From the NCBI GenBank assembly GCA_902785275.1, contig CACZYB010000001.1, positions 32,001 to 96,000 on the forward strand: 64,000 nt of DNA, given 5' to 3'. Origin of the DNA: an uncultured Pseudomonadota bacterium (GTDB taxonomy: Bacteria > Pseudomonadota > Alphaproteobacteria > Rs-D84 > CACZYB01). The notes beneath the pieces were generated by a model, which worked only from the letters and a program-made list of their open reading frames with translations, was not told where the DNA came from and did no database searches. The number at the start of each line of letters is the position of its first letter. Within the stretch, counting starts at the first letter, position 1. Positions 59,783 to 64,000 of this stretch are shown here, in pieces. The translations under genes and the position numbers were made by a program.

Positions 59783-61381
59783 GTGAAATATAATAAATTA
59801 CTATTGGGACTATCAATGCTTTTCCCATTTGGCGTTTTAGCTAACGCCACTCCATCAACTCTTTCAAAAGTTGAATATTCTCCTCTTTCCCAAGAAGAAC
59901 TTAAAAAATACGAATACAAACCAACCGAATACTGGACAAAGGGTACCGATGTTGTTGATAACTTTTCAATATCCGACGCACAAAAGTTTTATAACACCCT
60001 TTATGATACAGTAACAGAAAACTTTGTAAAACCAATCAATCATCAAAAAATTACAAATATTATTTTAGATGGTCTTTCCGGATTCGTTGAAAAGTTAAGT
60101 ATTGAAACAACCGGAACACGAATTCTCATCTATGATAAAAATCTAAAGCTTATGGGAAATTTCACAAAGGTTTCCGATACAGATACAGAAAGTTGGGTTA
60201 ACATTCTTATAAAAACTATTCTTACCCTCCGTAAAAATAGTGAAACAATGGCAAAGGCTCATCAGGAACAAATTTTCTATGTTACTGCACTTTACCTTCT
60301 TAAAAGCTTGGATGAAAATGCAACATATATTGACCCTGTATCAAAAACATCGGAAATATACAATAATAATTCCACAACCCTTGGCTTTACATACAGACGA
60401 ACAACTTTCGGTATCCAAGTTTTAAGTATCTTTAAAGATTCGCCAGTATATTTTTCTGATATAAAGACAGGTGACATTATTACAACAATAAACAAAATGC
60501 CAACCCGAAGCCTTACTGACGAACAAATTGAATATATACTAACAAATACAGATACTGATATTTTAAACATTGATTATATTTCATATATTGCAAACAAACC
60601 ATACAATATATTTCTAAGGAAAAATCAGTTAATAATTCCATCTATCACTGCAAAGAAAGCAGATAACACTCCATTAATTGAAATACAAAATTTCAAATCT
60701 GGTTCGGCAAAGGAACTAAAAAATACTCTTGATAAGGTAAAGGATGAATCATCAATAATCTTAGATTTGCGTGGAAACATCAACGGCCTTTCAACCGAAG
60801 CAATCGAAGCAGCAAATCTTTTCATTTCTGGTGGAGATATCCTTAAAACAACCGGAAACAATGAAAAATATAATCAAACATATACTGCAAAAAATGGTGA
60901 TATATTCAAATCAAAACCTATTATAATAATTGTTGATAATACAACAAAGGGACCTGCAGAAATTTTTGCTTCAATTATGGATGGTTCAAAACGTGCCGTT
61001 GTAATCGGCTCCCCAACATTTGGTAACGGAAATATTCAAAATAAATTTACACTACCAAATAATTCCGATATAAAATTCGCAACATCAATCGCATTAAATT
61101 CAAAGGAAATTTCTGTTGATAAAACCGGTGTAATCCCTGTTATCTGTACATCATCAATAATTGATAAAAAAGATATCGACACATTGATTGATAATATAAA
61201 AACAGGAAAATTTGTTGATAACAGACCTCAAAATAACAATAAAACCACTGAATCAGTAAAGAATATAAGGAACAGTTGTAAAGCCTTATTCCCAAGCAAA
61301 GAAACAAACAATCTTATACTCAAAACAGCAATAAATATCTTAAAAGATTCCTCTGTTTATGAAAAATTGTTGAATAAATAG
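59783..61381 (+). CDS. S41/CtpA-like PDZ protease homolog, apparently inactive
   Basis: SLD, PDZ (GDII), LDLRGN, TKGPAE, TFGNG. Confidence 0.8.
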   Translation: MKYNKLLLGLSMLFPFGVLANATPSTLSKVEYSPLSQEELKKYEYKPTEYWTKGTDVVDNFSISDAQKFYNTLYDTVTENFVKPINHQKITNIILDGLSGFVEKLSIETTGTRILIYDKNLKLMGNFTKVSDTDTESWVNILIKTILTLRKNSETMAKAHQEQIFYVTALYLLKSLDENATYIDPVSKTSEIYNNNSTTLGFTYRRTTFGIQVLSIFKDSPVYFSDIKTGDIITTINKMPTRSLTDEQIEYILTNTDTDILNIDYISYIANKPYNIFLRKNQLIIPSITAKKADNTPLIEIQNFKSGSAKELKNTLDKVKDESSIILDLRGNINGLSTEAIEAANLFISGGDILKTTGNNEKYNQTYTAKNGDIFKSKPIIIIVDNTTKGPAEIFASIMDGSKRAVVIGSPTFGNGNIQNKFTLPNNSDIKFATSIALNSKEISVDKTGVIPVICTSSIIDKKDIDTLIDNIKTGKFVDNRPQNNNKTTESVKNIRNSCKALFPSKETNNLILKTAINILKDSSVYEKLLNK

Positions 61382-61482
61382 ATTTATTTAATCTTATCAA
61401 ACAACAAAATCAATTGAAAATCACACTATTTTCAATAGCTAAACCATTTGATTTTTTATTAAATAACGATGATTGTGAAGAA

Positions 61483-61559
61483 TGGTGGGTGACTAGGGAC
61501 TCGAACCCCAGACCTCCTCGGTGTAAACGAGATGCTCTAGCCAACTGAGCTAGTCACCC
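61483..61559 (-). tRNA. tRNA-Val(TAC)
   Basis: 77-nt cloverleaf, CTCG-TTTACAC-CGAG anticodon arm, CCA end. Confidence 0.96.
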
Positions 61560-61665
61560 AAAAGATAGAACCATTATATACTATATTTTTTAAATTGCAA
61601 GAACTTTTTTCTTATTGATTTATATTTTATTTCATATAATATATTCCTCAAAGAAAGGTATTAAA

Positions 61666-62013
61666 ATGACAACAGAAGAAATTATCAAAAAAGCAAAAGA
61701 ACTTGGGCTTTCCGAGGAGGAAATTTCAAAATTTATTGAAAATGAAGCCGTTGCAAAAAAGTATGGTTTTGAAGATGAATTTTCATCTATTAATGTAAAA
61801 ATAGATAAGAAAAAACAAAAAATGATAGAATCCGGTGCATCCGAAGAAGAAGTTTTCTCAGATGAAGATGATAACTGTTGTGATTGTTGCAATTACGAAG
61901 GAAACAATGAAGAAGAATTCGATGATTACGAAGAATGTCACTGCCACGAATGCGAAAACGAATATAATTGCAATTGCGATGATGATGACCGTTGCGATCA
62001 CCACCACCACTAA
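61666..62013 (+). CDS. Small acidic protein with a Cys/His-rich tail
   Basis: AAAGG RBS, ATG 61666; CCDCC, CHCHEC, CNC, HHHH. Confidence 0.7.
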   Translation: MTTEEIIKKAKELGLSEEEISKFIENEAVAKKYGFEDEFSSINVKIDKKKQKMIESGASEEEVFSDEDDNCCDCCNYEGNNEEEFDDYEECHCHECENEYNCNCDDDDRCDHHHH

Positions 62014-62016
62014 TTT

Positions 62017-63345
62017 TTATCTTTGATTTTCAGATAGATTATCAATAACCGATTGAACATTTCCACTACCTGCATTTTCTGCAGGTTTTTTATTTCTAAG
62101 TTTTTCATAATTTTCCTTTAAATCATCCAAACTTAAATCAAAAGAAACATCCTTAAAATGAGGGTTATTTTTCTTTTCACCTTGCTTAAAGTAAAGTTCA
62201 GTATCATTTGAAACAATCTCTTCAAAAGTACGCTTTGCCCCCATATTCGAAAGAGAAACAGCATTCTGTAATGAACGGGCAATCATCTTTGTAAAATCAC
62301 GTCCCTTTTCATTTTTTGAAACAGAACCTACCCCATCCTCTTCAAACTTTCCAGTCAAAGAGCAATAATTTTCAAAAAGATGATAATGAGTTCCCATAAA
62401 AATTTCTTTGTAAATCATTTCTGATGGAGAAGATGACATTCCGTCCTCATCATAATCCTTTATAAATCTTAAATCTGCACCAAACCTGTCTGTATCCCAA
62501 AAATTATGTAACGTACCATACTTAAAATAAAAAGGATCACTTCCCTTTAGCTTTCCAGACATAAGCTTATCTGTAAAATTAGAAACAGAAATACCTTTTC
62601 CCTTACGCATTTCCTCTGTTACACCACCTTCAAGGTTATCCGAAGCCAAAGTAAAACCAACATTAAGAGGTCCCTCTATACGTTGAACACCATCACGTGG
62701 ACTTAACATAATATTCGTAATTTCGCTTAACAAAGCCTCTATTTTTTCCTTTGAAAAGCCCAATGTTTCCAAATCTTCACGCAAATAATTTGCCAATTCG
62801 CATGCAACAAAAGTACCATGACAATGTGAAAATATTGTTATATTTCTAAGATTTGATCTTATAGATGAAAATTTTTTACTTTCACCTCTTTCTGAAATAA
62901 TTATTGGTAAAAATATTGTTTCATATATCGCATAGATATAGTCAACCTTATCACGTTCCAATCCAAGCTTAAATCTCTTACGTTCCTCATCAAGGATATT
63001 AACATCCTTTGGGTAAACAGCAGACAAAAGCTGAACTTCCTTATCATTAATATCTTGTCTTCCAAGAAGTTCCTGTGCAAGCTTTGCGATACCATTCGCA
63101 AGCCTATCTTCATCAATACCAGAACCACCAAGACAAAGGACAATAGGCCTATCAAAATCTATCTGAGAAGAAATAATATTTTTTTCCCAACCGTAAACAT
63201 TTTCTTCTGAATGGGAAACCCTTTTCCCAATTCTTGTCATATGCTCTTGATTACGATCTATTACATCCCTAAAACCCTTTGGATAAAGGTTTTCATAGGA
63301 AATAACAAGTGCACCAAAAAAGGAACCTTCTCTTATAAGCTTCAT
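62017..63345 (-). CDS. Alpha/beta-hydrolase-like hypothetical protein
   Basis: IVLCLGGSG and TIFSHCHGT elbow-like motifs. Confidence 0.55.
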   Translation of the reverse strand: MKLIREGSFFGALVISYENLYPKGFRDVIDRNQEHMTRIGKRVSHSEENVYGWEKNIISSQIDFDRPIVLCLGGSGIDEDRLANGIAKLAQELLGRQDINDKEVQLLSAVYPKDVNILDEERKRFKLGLERDKVDYIYAIYETIFLPIIISERGESKKFSSIRSNLRNITIFSHCHGTFVACELANYLREDLETLGFSKEKIEALLSEITNIMLSPRDGVQRIEGPLNVGFTLASDNLEGGVTEEMRKGKGISVSNFTDKLMSGKLKGSDPFYFKYGTLHNFWDTDRFGADLRFIKDYDEDGMSSSPSEMIYKEIFMGTHYHLFENYCSLTGKFEEDGVGSVSKNEKGRDFTKMIARSLQNAVSLSNMGAKRTFEEIVSNDTELYFKQGEKKNNPHFKDVSFDLSLDDLKENYEKLRNKKPAENAGSGNVQSVIDNLSENQR

Positions 63346-63428
63346 AATAAGCCTCTCTTTTAAAGATTAACTAAAAAGAATTTTATAAATAAAATTCTAT
63401 TTTGTCAATAATAAAATATATAAATCAG

Positions 63429-63893
63429 TTATTTTGTTCCAGTAGAACCAAAACCGCCTTCGCCCCTTTCGGAACTACCCAAATCTTCTTCAGAAAAAAC
63501 TTCATCAAATTCGAATTGATAAACTGGTTCAACAACACCCTGTGCAATCTTCATTCCACGAGTAATTGTAAATGGTTCATTTCCAACATTAACAATCAAA
63601 ACCCCCACTTCACCAAGATAGCCATTATCAATAGTCCCAACACCATTAGGCATAGAAAGTCCAAGACGCAAGGCATTACCACTTCTTGCACGGATTTGTA
63701 AAGCAAACCCTTCTTGTGGCATAATTTTAAACCCAGCGGGAATAATCACACGACTATTCGGTGCAACAATAACATCTTCAACATTACATGCACGAATATC
63801 AAACCCAGTATCAGTAGGATGAGCATAAGTCATTGGTCCCCATGATTTATCATAATCTGAAAGATAAAGAATTTTTGCATTTACTTTTGACAT
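63429..63893 (-). CDS. dut: dUTP diphosphatase
   Basis: GFDI, RSG, GTIDNGYLGE, RGEGGFGSTG. Confidence 0.95.
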   Translation of the reverse strand: MSKVNAKILYLSDYDKSWGPMTYAHPTDTGFDIRACNVEDVIVAPNSRVIIPAGFKIMPQEGFALQIRARSGNALRLGLSMPNGVGTIDNGYLGEVGVLIVNVGNEPFTITRGMKIAQGVVEPVYQFEFDEVFSEEDLGSSERGEGGFGSTGTK

Positions 63894-64000
63894 AATAACA
63901 TCCTCTTTTTATTTAAAAAAATTCTACCATAAATATAAAAAAAATCAAGACAACTAAATAAAAAAATCCCCCAGGAAACCCGAGGGATTTTACACTCAAC

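Noticed and set aside
1-64000. CRISPR array, rRNA, prophage or IS element
   Set aside because: I saw no regularly spaced repeats, rRNA-like tracts, phage structural genes or transposases.

Overview
AT-rich chromosomal segment of a bacterium that is most likely an alphaproteobacterium (DUF1013/TrcR, the zinc-ribbon-ftsEX-YdcF-plsC block, and alphaproteobacterial-type rpsA and dnaB). It probably belongs to a small-genome, host-associated lineage; this is inference. Core genes (prfB with a +1 frameshift, metG, hemW, rdgB, dnaB, radA, mlaEF, rluD, ftsEX, plsC, rpsA, cmk, clpX, ruvA, rpoD, tolB, acpP, yqgF, gatC, secF, dut) and five tRNAs are interleaved with many exported proteins of unknown function. 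The strongest novel candidate is at 52918-55361. A lipid A phosphoethanolamine transferase (EptA/MCR family) and an Mpi-like serine invertase are divergently arranged around a ~110-bp segment. That segment is bounded by hix/Mpi-like inverted repeats and carries one near-consensus sigma70 promoter, which currently faces the invertase and away from eptA. This suggests a phase-variable, possibly self-latching lipid A modification switch. Other notable items: four paralogous Cys-patterned exported proteins, three tandem shufflon-PilV-like pilins, dispersed VirB2/VirB7/VirB8-like genes, a tRNA-Lys islet of putative immunity genes with a lysozyme-tail remnant, pseudo-ACP and pseudo-S41 proteins, and a tRNA-Thr with a compensatory A19-U56 pair. 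All homology calls come from motif recognition, not database searches.
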